Shown piece after piece: positions 52,870-61,236 of a stretch of 64,000 bases of DNA. The notes beneath the pieces are model-generated. The model was not told where the DNA came from, ran no database searches, and saw only the letters and a list, made by a program, of their open reading frames with translations. The stretch is taken from assembly GCA_044238145.1 (NCBI GenBank), contig JBIIDT010000005.1, forward strand, positions 4,938 through 68,937, in the 5' to 3' direction. The position numbers and the translations under genes are program-made. Origin of the DNA: Pirellulales bacterium (GTDB lineage Bacteria; Planctomycetota; Planctomycetia; Pirellulales; UBA1268). Within the stretch, counting starts at the first letter, position 1. Every line of letters starts with the position of its first letter.

Positions 52870-53124
52870 TCAGGCCGTCGGTCCGGAGACGACGTTCACC
52901 CGCCGACCCTCGCGGTCGAACATCACCACGCCGGCGGTGAGGGCGAAGAGCGTGTAGTCGGTGCCCGTGCCGACGTTGCGACCGGCGTGGAACTTCGTCC
53001 CCACCTGGCGGACGAGGATGTTGCCGGCCTGGACCGCCTCACCGGCGAACTTCTTCACGCCGCGGCGCTGCGCGTTGGAATCGCGCCCGTTGCGACTCGA
53101 ACCCTGACCCTTTTTGTGTGCCAT
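52870..53124 (-). CDS. rpmA: 50S ribosomal protein L27
   Basis: [53 protein letters not shown]. Confidence 0.95.
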   Translation of the reverse strand: MAHKKGQGSSRNGRDSNAQRRGVKKFAGEAVQAGNILVRQVGTKFHAGRNVGTGTDYTLFALTAGVVMFDREGRRVNVVSGPTA

Positions 53125-53182
53125 GACCAATCACTCCCGCCGCGGAACCACCAGGCAACGATCGCCTGCCCGGGCCCGAAAA

Positions 53183-54844
53183 TCAAGGCCCGGGAGCATC
53201 CCGTTCGTACCGAAAAACCCAGGCATGGTCAATGCCCTCGTGGACCGCGGCCGCCGCGGCGTACAGTTCCGGCCCCCGCGGGCCGAACAGCCCCCGCAGC
53301 ACCTCCTGCTTCCGGCCCTGCTGCGGGTCCGATTCCAGCAGCCGCTGCACGGCGGCGAAGGCCGCCAGCGAGTCTCCCCGTGTCACCTCGTCGGCCCCAC
53401 CCTCGACGTCCTCGAGCGCCGCCAGCGCCCGGGCGGAGGCGAGATCGCGGGCGAGTTGCTCCACCCGCCGCTCGGCCGATCCGAAGCAGGCGGCCGCGGC
53501 GCGGGCGCGATCGTCGTAGGTGGGCGCCGACTCCAGGGCGCGCACGACCTTGGCGAGCGACTCCAGCGGCTTGGCCGCCACCTGCTCCGGGGTGAGCCCC
53601 AGCTTCTCGAGCGCCGCGCGGCGGGTCGCGTCGCGGTCGGCATCGACGGGCCCGGCCAGCGCCCGCGTCAGGTCCTCGATCGCCTGGATGCCCAGTTCGC
53701 CGAACACGTCCCGCACGGCGGCGCCACGGGCGAGCGGGTCGCCGAGGGGCGCGAGCTTGCGGAGCACCGTCTCCAGCGGCAGGAGGCTCGCCATCCCGCC
53801 GCCGGCGTCGGGCTCGAGCAGGTCGGACCACTTGAGGCCGAGCGCTTCGAGCCCGGAAACGGGCCGCGACTTCGTCGCCAGCGGCCGGCCCGCGGCCTCC
53901 AGGATCCGCGAGCCGAGCGTCATCCGCTCGAGCATTCCCGCGTACCCGACGCTCATCTCCTCCTCGACCTCGTCGCGGGCGTCGCCAGGCCGCCAGAAGT
54001 CGAGCCGCAGGGCTTCCAGGGCGTATTCCATGTGGGCACCGGGCGGATCGCCGGCTCCGATCCGCGCGCCCGGGATCTTCCGCCACCGCATGGAGTTGGT
54101 CAGACCGCGGACGAAGATCGAGAAGAAGTCGATGCGCGGATCGACATCCTCCCACACGGCCACTCCCCAGCGGTCCTCGCCCGGCGCGATCTCGGCCTCC
54201 GCCATCGACGCGCTGTCGTACAGCCGGCCGGGCGGCTTCTCGCGGGCCCGGATCGGCTCCATCGCCGAGGGCACGACCCGGTCCAGGTAGGCGCGGTAGG
54301 CCCGCATGTCCTCGCCCTGGGCCAGCGGCTCGAGGCTCTCGAGCACGAAATGCGGCAGGAACCGGACGGGCTGCTCGAAGGTCTCGGTCTGGCGCACGGT
54401 CGGATCAGCCGCGTCCACGACCACGCGCCGGCCACCGGTGTTCTTCACGCGGTACAGCACGTACCAGACCCGCTTGCGCCGCATCTTCGCGTCGCCGGCC
54501 GGAACGTCCACGTCGATCAGCCGCGGCGGCTTGAAGGCGAACTCCAGGCACCACACGCCGCCGGCCAGTTCGCGGCCCTTGGCCCGCTCGACGAACGTGG
54601 TGTTCACCGGCGACCGCTGGGGCGTCCACTCGCGATCCTTCCGTCCCTCGGTGATCTCGAGGAGATCGGACCGCTGCAGCGGGTCGTCGGACGAGCGGTC
54701 GGGCGGAATGACGGTCAGGGTGCCCGGGGCGAGGCGTCGAAAGCCGTCCGGGGACGGGGCGGCGCCCGCCCAGCCGCCGGCGCAGGCCGCCGCCGCAGCC
54801 AATGGCAGGAGCCACCACACGCGAAATGTGGCCAGGTTGGCCAT
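53183..54844 (-). CDS. hypothetical secreted protein (553 aa), no recognisable domain
   Basis: Internal ATG 54844 is preceded by GGAG. Signal peptide MANLATFRVWWLLPLAAAAACAGG. High GC3 throughout, with an alpha-helical Ala/Leu-rich C-terminal half. Confidence 0.6.
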   Translation of the reverse strand: MANLATFRVWWLLPLAAAAACAGGWAGAAPSPDGFRRLAPGTLTVIPPDRSSDDPLQRSDLLEITEGRKDREWTPQRSPVNTTFVERAKGRELAGGVWCLEFAFKPPRLIDVDVPAGDAKMRRKRVWYVLYRVKNTGGRRVVVDAADPTVRQTETFEQPVRFLPHFVLESLEPLAQGEDMRAYRAYLDRVVPSAMEPIRAREKPPGRLYDSASMAEAEIAPGEDRWGVAVWEDVDPRIDFFSIFVRGLTNSMRWRKIPGARIGAGDPPGAHMEYALEALRLDFWRPGDARDEVEEEMSVGYAGMLERMTLGSRILEAAGRPLATKSRPVSGLEALGLKWSDLLEPDAGGGMASLLPLETVLRKLAPLGDPLARGAAVRDVFGELGIQAIEDLTRALAGPVDADRDATRRAALEKLGLTPEQVAAKPLESLAKVVRALESAPTYDDRARAAAACFGSAERRVEQLARDLASARALAALEDVEGGADEVTRGDSLAAFAAVQRLLESDPQQGRKQEVLRGLFGPRGPELYAAAAAVHEGIDHAWVFRYERDAPGP

Positions 54845-55070
54845 CGTTTTTCTCCGCCGGAATACTACTGAATCGCGTTTTTTTCCGAAGAAAATCGGCT
54901 CAACTTCGCCAAAACGCACATTTTTCCTTGATTGCCCATCTTTCCCAGGCAACAATTTTGGCGTTAGGGGTTTCCGGCCCGGAATTGGCCTACGCCGCGA
55001 GCAGCGGCCGAAAGACACTCCGGGCCCGAGCCGCCACGAACTCCCGCCCATTCTGCAGTCCCGGGCACCG

Positions 55071-55325
55071 ATGCTCCAACGCAATCCCCTGCAACCGCCG
55101 CGGCCCATGCCCGTCGCCGTCCCGGCCAGGACGGCCGCGGCTGCGGCACGGCCGTTCGTGTCGGCCGAGGACTTCGACGTCACCGGCATGCTGACGGGCG
55201 TCGACCCCTGCGAGTCGCGGTACTGGTGGATGCCGGAACTGTACGGTCCGGATGCCGACGCCCCTGCGACGGCGGCGGTTCACGCCACGCGGCGAACCGC
55301 GTCGCGGCCCACGGCCGCGGCCTGA
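55071..55325 (+). CDS. candidate small ORF (72-84 aa), convergent with and overlapping the parA-like 3' end
   Basis: Frame of ORF 54306..55325 with ATG at 55071 or 55107: ...FVSAEDFDVTGMLTGVDPCESRYWWMPELYGPDADAP.... Very high GC3 persists outside any minus-strand gene. Confidence 0.25.
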   Translation: MLQRNPLQPPRPMPVAVPARTAAAAARPFVSAEDFDVTGMLTGVDPCESRYWWMPELYGPDADAPATAAVHATRRTASRPTAAA

Positions 55326-56122
55326 TCAACCTCCGCCGCGAGGGCGGCGTAGTCCTCGGCCCCGTTCGAGTCGGGCGCGTAGTCGAAGATCGACTGGCCG
55401 AAGCTGGGCGCCTCCGCGAGGCGGATGTTCCGCCGGATCCGCGTCTCGAAGAGCCGGCCGCACGCCCAGGCGGGATGCCGGTCGCCGGCCCCGGCGAAAA
55501 AGGCCGACACGTCGCGGCCGACCTCGTGCGCCAGCCGCGTGCCGGCCTCCTGCATGCAGAGCACCACGCCCAGGAGCCGCAGACGGGGATTGACGTGGTC
55601 GCTGACGAGTTCGATCGTCTCCAGCAGCTTGCTCAGGCCGTGCAGGGCGAGAAAGTGGGGCTGCAGCGGCAACAAGACCTCGTCCACCGCCGCCATGGCG
55701 TTGAGCGAGAGCAGCCCGAGCGAGGGCGGGCAGTCGACGACCAGGTAGTCGAACGCCCCCTCCCCCGCCCCCTGGCATCGCGGCTCGGCCGCGATCCGCT
55801 GGCGGAGGATCCCCTCCCGCCCCGACTTGCCGGCGAGGGCCATCTCGACGGCGGAGAGATCGATGTGGGCCGGCACCACGCTCAGGTTCTCGCCGGCCTC
55901 CACGGCCGCCGCCGCGAGCGGCTGGCCCCCGGTGAGGACGTCGAAGGCGGTGCACGCGCCGGCGCCGGGCTGGACGCCGAGGTGCAGCGAGGCGTGGGCC
56001 TGCGGGTCGAGGTCGACGACACACACCCGCCGCCCCTGCCGCGCCAGGGCGACGGCGAGGTTCACGGTGGTCGTCGTCTTGCCGACGCCACCCTTCTGAT
56101 TGGCGATCGCGATCGAGCGCAT
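55280..56122 (-). CDS. ParA/MinD-family ATPase (orphan, no parB nearby)
   Basis: Internal ATG 56122 gives MRSIAIANQKGGVGKTTTTVNLA (deviant Walker A), VVDLDPQ and YLVVDCPPSLG. Confidence 0.88.
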   Translation of the reverse strand: MRSIAIANQKGGVGKTTTTVNLAVALARQGRRVCVVDLDPQAHASLHLGVQPGAGACTAFDVLTGGQPLAAAAVEAGENLSVVPAHIDLSAVEMALAGKSGREGILRQRIAAEPRCQGAGEGAFDYLVVDCPPSLGLLSLNAMAAVDEVLLPLQPHFLALHGLSKLLETIELVSDHVNPRLRLLGVVLCMQEAGTRLAHEVGRDVSAFFAGAGDRHPAWACGRLFETRIRRNIRLAEAPSFGQSIFDYAPDSNGAEDYAALAAEVDQAAAVGRDAVRRVA

Positions 56123-56234
56123 GGCAGCCGGTCCTCGCGGGACGGGGCGGGTTCCCGACGGCCGGCGGGCAGGCCGGCGGCGGGCAGGGAGGATAGGCCG
56201 CGGACCGCACCGCCAAAAGCCCGATTTCCCCCGG

Positions 56235-56792
56235 TCATTCCCGGCCCGGGAAGGGCAGTCCGGGGCAGGCCGTGCCGATCCAGGTGCGGAGCCCCTTCTC
56301 GATCCGGCCGAGGCCGATCCGCCCCGGGCGGCCGACGACGCCCATCTCGCCCCCCGTCGGGCCGACGCCGAGCACCAGCACCGCGGCCGGGGCCGCGTCC
56401 GGCGCCGGACGGAACGCGATCGCCACCTTCCAGGCATCCGCGGAGAGCCGCGCCCCGTCGCGCGGCTGCCAGGCGAAGTTCGCGTCCTCGACCAGCCCGC
56501 GGCGGAGGTGCACGATGCCCGGCGCGGTCGAGACGTCGCAGCGGCGGGCTGCCGCCAGTCGGCCCGGCCCGCTCCCCGGGGAGAGCTGCCACAGCTCGAC
56601 GACGGGCGCCGCGGTGATGGCCCGCGCGACGCCCCCGCCGAAGAAGGCGAGGCAGCGGTTCGTCTGCCAGCGCTGGAAGCCCAGTGCGAAGGCCGCGAGG
56701 GCCGCCCCGAGGACGAGGAGCCCCACGACCAGGGGCGTGCCGGAGGGGCGGCTCGAGCGACGCGGCGACGGTTCTTCCCGGGGCTGATGCAT
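56235..56792 (-). CDS. hypothetical membrane-anchored protein
   Basis: One N-terminal TM (LVVGLLVLGAALAAFALGF). High GC3. Lies directly upstream of the ParA-like gene on the same strand. Confidence 0.45.
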   Translation of the reverse strand: MHQPREEPSPRRSSRPSGTPLVVGLLVLGAALAAFALGFQRWQTNRCLAFFGGGVARAITAAPVVELWQLSPGSGPGRLAAARRCDVSTAPGIVHLRRGLVEDANFAWQPRDGARLSADAWKVAIAFRPAPDAAPAAVLVLGVGPTGGEMGVVGRPGRIGLGRIEKGLRTWIGTACPGLPFPGRE

Positions 56793-56881
56793 GCGGTTTC
56801 TCCACGCGGCGCCGGGCGAGCCGCGGCCGGCGGCGGCGGAATGTATACTCCCTCCGCCGTCGTCCGGCAGGAGATTTTCCC

Positions 56882-57109
56882 ATGCCCAACGCCTTCGACC
56901 CCTACCGTGAAGCCCTGGTGGTGGAGAACCACACGGTCTGGCCCGACGAATACGAGGATTGGTCGCCGACCGACCGGGCCCGCGCCGAGACGCTCCTGCA
57001 CGCCGCGCCGCGGGAGGCGGCGGACCTCGACTACATCCGGCAGCACACCGGTTTCGCCCGGGTGATCACGGTCACGCCCGCCGACCTGGATCGCGTGAGC
57101 GGCCGCTGA
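56882..57109 (+). CDS. hypothetical 75-aa protein coupled to aroB
   Basis: ATG is preceded by GGAGA (8-nt spacer). MPNAFDPYREALVVENHTVWPDEYEDWSPTD... High GC3. The stop lies 1 nt before the aroB GTG. Confidence 0.45.
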   Translation: MPNAFDPYREALVVENHTVWPDEYEDWSPTDRARAETLLHAAPREAADLDYIRQHTGFARVITVTPADLDRVSGR

Positions 57110-57110
57110 C

Positions 57111-58211
57111 GTGGCGACGATCCGCCTGCACCTGCCCGCGGCCGCATCCGACGCGGCAGACCGTTCCTACGACATCCATGTGGGCCGGGGGATCCTCCAC
57201 GCCGTCGGGCCGGCGGTGCGGGCCGGCGGTGCGGACCGGGCCGTCGTGGTCGCCGATGCGGCCGTCGCGGCGACGCACGCCGCCGGCGTCGCAGAGTCGT
57301 TGCGGGCCGCGGGCGTCGTCGCCGCGACGGTCACGCTGCCCGCCGGCGAGGCCTCGAAGTCGATCGCCGGAGCGGGCCGGCTATGGGACGCCCTGGCTGA
57401 CCTGGCCATCGACCGGCGGACCCACCTGGTGGCGGTCGGCGGCGGCGTGGCGGGCGACCTGTGCGGGTTCGCGGCCGCGACGTTCGGCCGGGGACTCGCC
57501 GTCTGGCAGGTGCCCACCACGGTCGTCGCCCAGGTCGACAGCGCCATCGGCGGCAAGACCGGCATCAACCTCGCGGCCGGCAAAAACCTGGTCGGGGCGT
57601 TCTGGCAGCCGCGCGGCGTGTTCGCGGACGTGGCCACGCTCGACACGCTGCCCGACCGCGAGTTCGTGAGCGGATTCGCCGAGGTGGTGAAGTACGGCAT
57701 GATCCTCGACGCGGATTTTTTCGCCTGGCTCGAGGCCCATGCGGCGGCACTCGTGGCCCGCGACCCGGCGGCCCTGGCCCCCGCGGTGGAGCGATCCGCC
57801 GCCCTCAAGGCGGGCGTCGTGGAGCGGGACGAGCGGGAACTCACGGGCCGGCGGGCGGTGCTCAACTACGGCCACACGTTCGCCCACGCCTACGAGACGG
57901 CCGCCGGCTACGGCACCCTGCTCCACGGCGAGGCCGTGGCGATCGGCATGGCGCGGGCGGCCCGGCTGGCCCGGTCGCTCGACAGGATCGGCGACGTCGT
58001 CGTGCAGCGGCAGGACGCGTTACTCGCGGCCCTCGGCCTGCCGACCGCGACCCCCGCCGGCGCGGCGGCCGACGAGTTGCTTGCCATCATGGGCCGCGAC
58101 AAGAAGGCCGTCGGCGGCCGGCTGCGGTTCGTGCTGCCCGAGCGGATCGGCCGGGTCGAACTGGTGGACGACGTGCCCGAGGACCTGGTCCGCCAGGCGC
58201 TCGGCGGCTGA
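57111..58211 (+). CDS. aroB: 3-dehydroquinate synthase
   Basis: VAVGGGVAGDLCGFAAATFGRGL...QVPTT..AQVDS.IGGKTGIN, GFAEVVKYG, LNYGHTFAHA and HGEAVAIGM. Confidence 0.92.
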   Translation: MATIRLHLPAAASDAADRSYDIHVGRGILHAVGPAVRAGGADRAVVVADAAVAATHAAGVAESLRAAGVVAATVTLPAGEASKSIAGAGRLWDALADLAIDRRTHLVAVGGGVAGDLCGFAAATFGRGLAVWQVPTTVVAQVDSAIGGKTGINLAAGKNLVGAFWQPRGVFADVATLDTLPDREFVSGFAEVVKYGMILDADFFAWLEAHAAALVARDPAALAPAVERSAALKAGVVERDERELTGRRAVLNYGHTFAHAYETAAGYGTLLHGEAVAIGMARAARLARSLDRIGDVVVQRQDALLAALGLPTATPAGAAADELLAIMGRDKKAVGGRLRFVLPERIGRVELVDDVPEDLVRQALGG

Positions 58212-58221
58212 GCCTGGTCGC

Positions 58222-58295
58222 CAGCGACCACCCCTGGGGCGATTCGCTCCACCCCCCGGTCTGCAGCGACCACCGCGCTGGGGCGATTCGCTCCA
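58222..58295 (+). repeat. imperfect direct repeat, two copies (30 and 32 nt)
   Basis: CAGCGACCACC-CC-TGGGGCGATTCGCTCCA (58222-58251) and CAGCGACCACC-GCGC-TGGGGCGATTCGCTCCA (58264-58295). Confidence 0.7.
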
Positions 58296-58553
58296 GCGCC
58301 GGACCGATCACCACGACCGTCGCCATCGGCACGCACGGCATGGTGCGACGCGAAAACCTCTGATTTCTCCGTCTCTCTCGCGTGCCGGCGGCAGGTGTCG
58401 CGAAGCCGTGATGCGTTTCGGCACGGGACCTGCATCTGCTCTTCGTCAGGTCGTGCTGCACGGCCTCCGACCCGGCGATTGCGTCCGGAAGGAGAGCGTG
58501 GGCCCGGCCTGACTGATCGAAGAAGGTCCGTCCGCATCCAGAGGAGTCTGCTC

Positions 58554-58664
58554 ATGAACATCTCGTCTCCGGCGAGCGCCGGTGGCTGGTCTCTGACCAA
58601 GGCCGACATGCTGCTGTGCATCGTTCCGATCGCCCTGTTCCTGTCGATCGTGTCGTTCGTGTGA
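58554..58664 (+). CDS. candidate 36-aa membrane micro-peptide
   Basis: GAGGAG lies 7 nt upstream of the ATG. MNISSPASAGGWSLTKADMLLCIVPIALFLSIVSFV* has one hydrophobic helix. Confidence 0.4.
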   Translation: MNISSPASAGGWSLTKADMLLCIVPIALFLSIVSFV

Positions 58665-58767
58665 GCCGGCCGGGGCATTCCGCCCCGGTCCTCGCCGCCC
58701 GATGCAGCCCGCGGGTCCCGCGAAGAATCGGCCGCTTCCCAGTTCACTTTTGAAAGGTTTCGACACC

Positions 58768-59259
58768 ATGCGCGATGAACTTCTGCCCCGCGCCGCCGCA
58801 GCCCTCCGCGACGTCGGCATCCACGAGATCGTGATCGTCGATGCGACGTGCGACCGATATCCGGACTTCGTCGAGGCCGCCCAGGCCGGCGAGGTCGGCC
58901 TGCACTTCTGCGTCGACGGCCGCTCGGCGATCCGCCTCTCGCGGCGGTTCCGTGCCGATGCCTGGCTCGTGTCGTCGGAACTTCCCGACATGTCGGGCTT
59001 CGACCTGCTCTCGATGCTCTCCCCCAACATCATGCAGGGCGAAGTCGACCCGCTGATGGAGGGATCCCGCGTCTCGCTCGACCGCGTCGGCGAGGGCATG
59101 CGTGCCGGCATCTTCATCGTCTCCGACGCCTACTCGCTCGAGGAGGAGCAGCGTTCGCTGGCCTCCGGCGTGGCGGGCTACCTCGTCCGCCCGGTCACGC
59201 TCGACGTGATCCGTGCCTCGCGGGTCCCGCACGCGACCGTCAAGGAGGTGGCCGGCTAG
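58768..59259 (+). CDS. receiver-like (pseudo-REC) domain protein 1
   Basis: IVIVDATCD..., ADAWLVSSELPDMSGFDLLSML and IFIVSD....GYLVRPVT follow the CheY-like beta-alpha order. Ser replaces the phospho-acceptor Asp and Arg replaces the conserved Lys. Confidence 0.6.
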   Translation: MRDELLPRAAAALRDVGIHEIVIVDATCDRYPDFVEAAQAGEVGLHFCVDGRSAIRLSRRFRADAWLVSSELPDMSGFDLLSMLSPNIMQGEVDPLMEGSRVSLDRVGEGMRAGIFIVSDAYSLEEEQRSLASGVAGYLVRPVTLDVIRASRVPHATVKEVAG

Positions 59260-59326
59260 CCGGTCGCCGTCCCCACCACATCCCTTTCACCCACACGCTG
59301 TTTCGGATTTCGCAGAGGAGACACTG

Positions 59327-59857
59327 ATGCCGGCCCCGTCCATCGAGCTGTCGCGGTTCGTGCCCAACGTGGTCGTGGTCGACCCGCGGTTCGACGCCTA
59401 CAAGCCGCTGGCGGCGAGCGCCCGCATTGGCAAGCTCGACCTCCACATCCGCTCCAGCGGTCGCGAGGCCCTCAAGCTCGCCCGGCGGATGCCCGTCGAC
59501 GCCTGGCTGATCGCGCCCGAACTCGACGACATGGCGGGCCACGACCTCGTGCCGCTGCTGCAGGCCCACCTCGCCCAGGCCGGCCAGACCGCGGGCCAGT
59601 CAAAGGTGGCCTTCGTCGATCCGGCTTTCCCCGGCTGCCGCCAGTGGTCGCTCGCCGAATTGGAGGCCCGCGCGGCGGGCGCCGATACGGTGCTCTCGCA
59701 GCCGATCACGTTCCGCGACCTCGAGCAACTGCTCGGGCTGCCGACCGAGGAGCGGGCCAAGTTCGTCGGCCCGGCCGGCACGACGCGGGGCTTCGTCACG
59801 CTGCCCGTGGGCGTGGGGGCCGCGGTGATCGCGATCGCCGTGCTGATGATGGGCTGA
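59327..59857 (+). CDS. receiver-like (pseudo-REC) domain protein 2 with C-terminal TM anchor
   Basis: GAGGAG lies upstream. VVVVDPRFD..., VDAWLIAPELDDMAGHDLVPLL and VLSQPIT are paralogous to protein 1. Ala is at the Asp57 position and Gln at the Lys position. C-terminal FVTLPVGVGAAVIAIAVLMMG. Confidence 0.6.
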   Translation: MPAPSIELSRFVPNVVVVDPRFDAYKPLAASARIGKLDLHIRSSGREALKLARRMPVDAWLIAPELDDMAGHDLVPLLQAHLAQAGQTAGQSKVAFVDPAFPGCRQWSLAELEARAAGADTVLSQPITFRDLEQLLGLPTEERAKFVGPAGTTRGFVTLPVGVGAAVIAIAVLMMG

Positions 59858-59876
59858 CGGCCACGGGGCCGCCCGC

Positions 59877-61166
59877 TCACCACCGGGCCTCGACGGCCAT
59901 GCCGCCCAGATCGGCCATGGGCAGCGGCAGGATGCTCACCTCCATGCCGGCGAAGTGCATCTCCGTCGCCGACACGGCCCGGGCGCTCGCCCAGGCGAGG
60001 TACCAGCCGAGGAACACCTGCGACGGGTAGTGGGCGTCGTCGGTCATCCGTGAGAAGCCGACGAAGGTGGAGCAGACGTACAGCGTGCCCTTGAGCAGCG
60101 GGCTTTCCACCATCTCGGCGGCGGCCAGGAACGGGACCGCGCCCACGAAGGCGTGACCGCTCACGCCGTTGCTGTCGTTGAACATGTGCCAGCGGCTGCC
60201 GACTGGGCTCTCGCCGGGCCGCGACCCGCCGGTGACCCACTGCATGACGTACAGCGGCGGCGCCCCGACGATGAACATCCGCAGCGACCGCGAACCCCAC
60301 TCGCCCACGACGTCGCCGGCCGGCTGCCCCTCGAAGACCCAGCCGGTCGCGGCCGCGACGCCGAAGATCGGCAGGAGGTACCGGCCCTCGCCGATATCCT
60401 TGCAGCCCGAGAAGAAGGTGCCGAGGCTGGTCGGCTCGACACCCTTTTGCCAGGCGTCCTGCATGGTGACGTCGAATCCCGTGTTGGCCATGATCGCGCC
60501 GGCGCCGAACGCGGCGGACAGGCAGACCAGGCTCTCGCAGTCGTAGAAGTTGCGGTAGTCCTCGAGGATCCGGTAGCCGGCGCGGGCCAGACGCGGGTGG
60601 CTGCTGCCGGCCCACGGGGGCTCGCGGGCGGGCAGGAACATCTCGCGGTCGAGCGGCGGCAACGGCTGCACGGCGCCGGCCGGCACGACAGCCGCCAGCT
60701 GCGCCGTCAAGCCGGCGGCGTCTCCCGCGCCATCGGCCCGCCAGTCGCCCACCAGTTCGACTCCCGTGCCGCCACCGGCGGCGCCCGTGAGCGACTGCGT
60801 CTCCACGGCGGCGGCCACCATGGCACCTCCCGCGGTGGGCGTTACGCGGACCACGACCCGCTGCCGGCGCGGCGGCCAGGCCTGCCGCGTCGTCACGGGC
60901 GGCTCGACCCAGGCCGATTCGATGAGCCCGTCGCGGGGCGGCACGGCGGCGAAGTCTGGAGCCACGGCCCGCACGACCGGCCAGTCGGCGGTGACCGTGT
61001 CCAGGGTCTGACGCCACAGGCCGGGACCGTCGGCCGTCGGCAGGAAGATGCCGTCGGCGCGGGCGTTGGCAACGAGGGCGAGGCCCACGGCGCAGGCGAG
61101 AGCCGCGGCGCGGGCGGACGCGCCGCCGACTGCCGTCGGCGGGAAACGGAGCGGGTGCGGAGGCAT
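59877..61166 (-). CDS. membrane protein with PAP2-like (acid phosphatase/haloperoxidase superfamily) C-terminal domain
   Basis: Internal ATG 61166 with a signal-like N-terminus. Motifs GGSRPGE (partial C1), VSGHAF (C2) and FSRMTDDAHYPSQV (C3, SRx5H, final Asp replaced by Gln). N-terminal ~200 aa unassigned. Confidence 0.55.
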   Translation of the reverse strand: MPPHPLRFPPTAVGGASARAAALACAVGLALVANARADGIFLPTADGPGLWRQTLDTVTADWPVVRAVAPDFAAVPPRDGLIESAWVEPPVTTRQAWPPRRQRVVVRVTPTAGGAMVAAAVETQSLTGAAGGGTGVELVGDWRADGAGDAAGLTAQLAAVVPAGAVQPLPPLDREMFLPAREPPWAGSSHPRLARAGYRILEDYRNFYDCESLVCLSAAFGAGAIMANTGFDVTMQDAWQKGVEPTSLGTFFSGCKDIGEGRYLLPIFGVAAATGWVFEGQPAGDVVGEWGSRSLRMFIVGAPPLYVMQWVTGGSRPGESPVGSRWHMFNDSNGVSGHAFVGAVPFLAAAEMVESPLLKGTLYVCSTFVGFSRMTDDAHYPSQVFLGWYLAWASARAVSATEMHFAGMEVSILPLPMADLGGMAVEARW

Positions 61167-61236
61167 GGGCCGGGGACTGTCCCAGCCGGTCCGGCCGGTG
61201 ACAAGGCGGATTTGCCGCCTCCCCAGCCTGCCTCTC

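Noticed and set aside
53114-54871. 585-aa plus-strand ORF and other overlapping frames
   Set aside because: Antisense to the 553-aa secreted-protein gene, whose frame has a signal peptide, an SD site and ordinary composition.
54802-55194. 130-aa plus-strand ORF across the AT-rich region
   Set aside because: Low-complexity and Arg/Pro/Ser-rich. It starts inside the neighbouring gene and has no GC3 bias in the AT-rich part.
58222-58295. Direct repeat as a CRISPR array
   Set aside because: There are only two copies of unequal length with a 12-nt gap between them, and no cas genes in the window.
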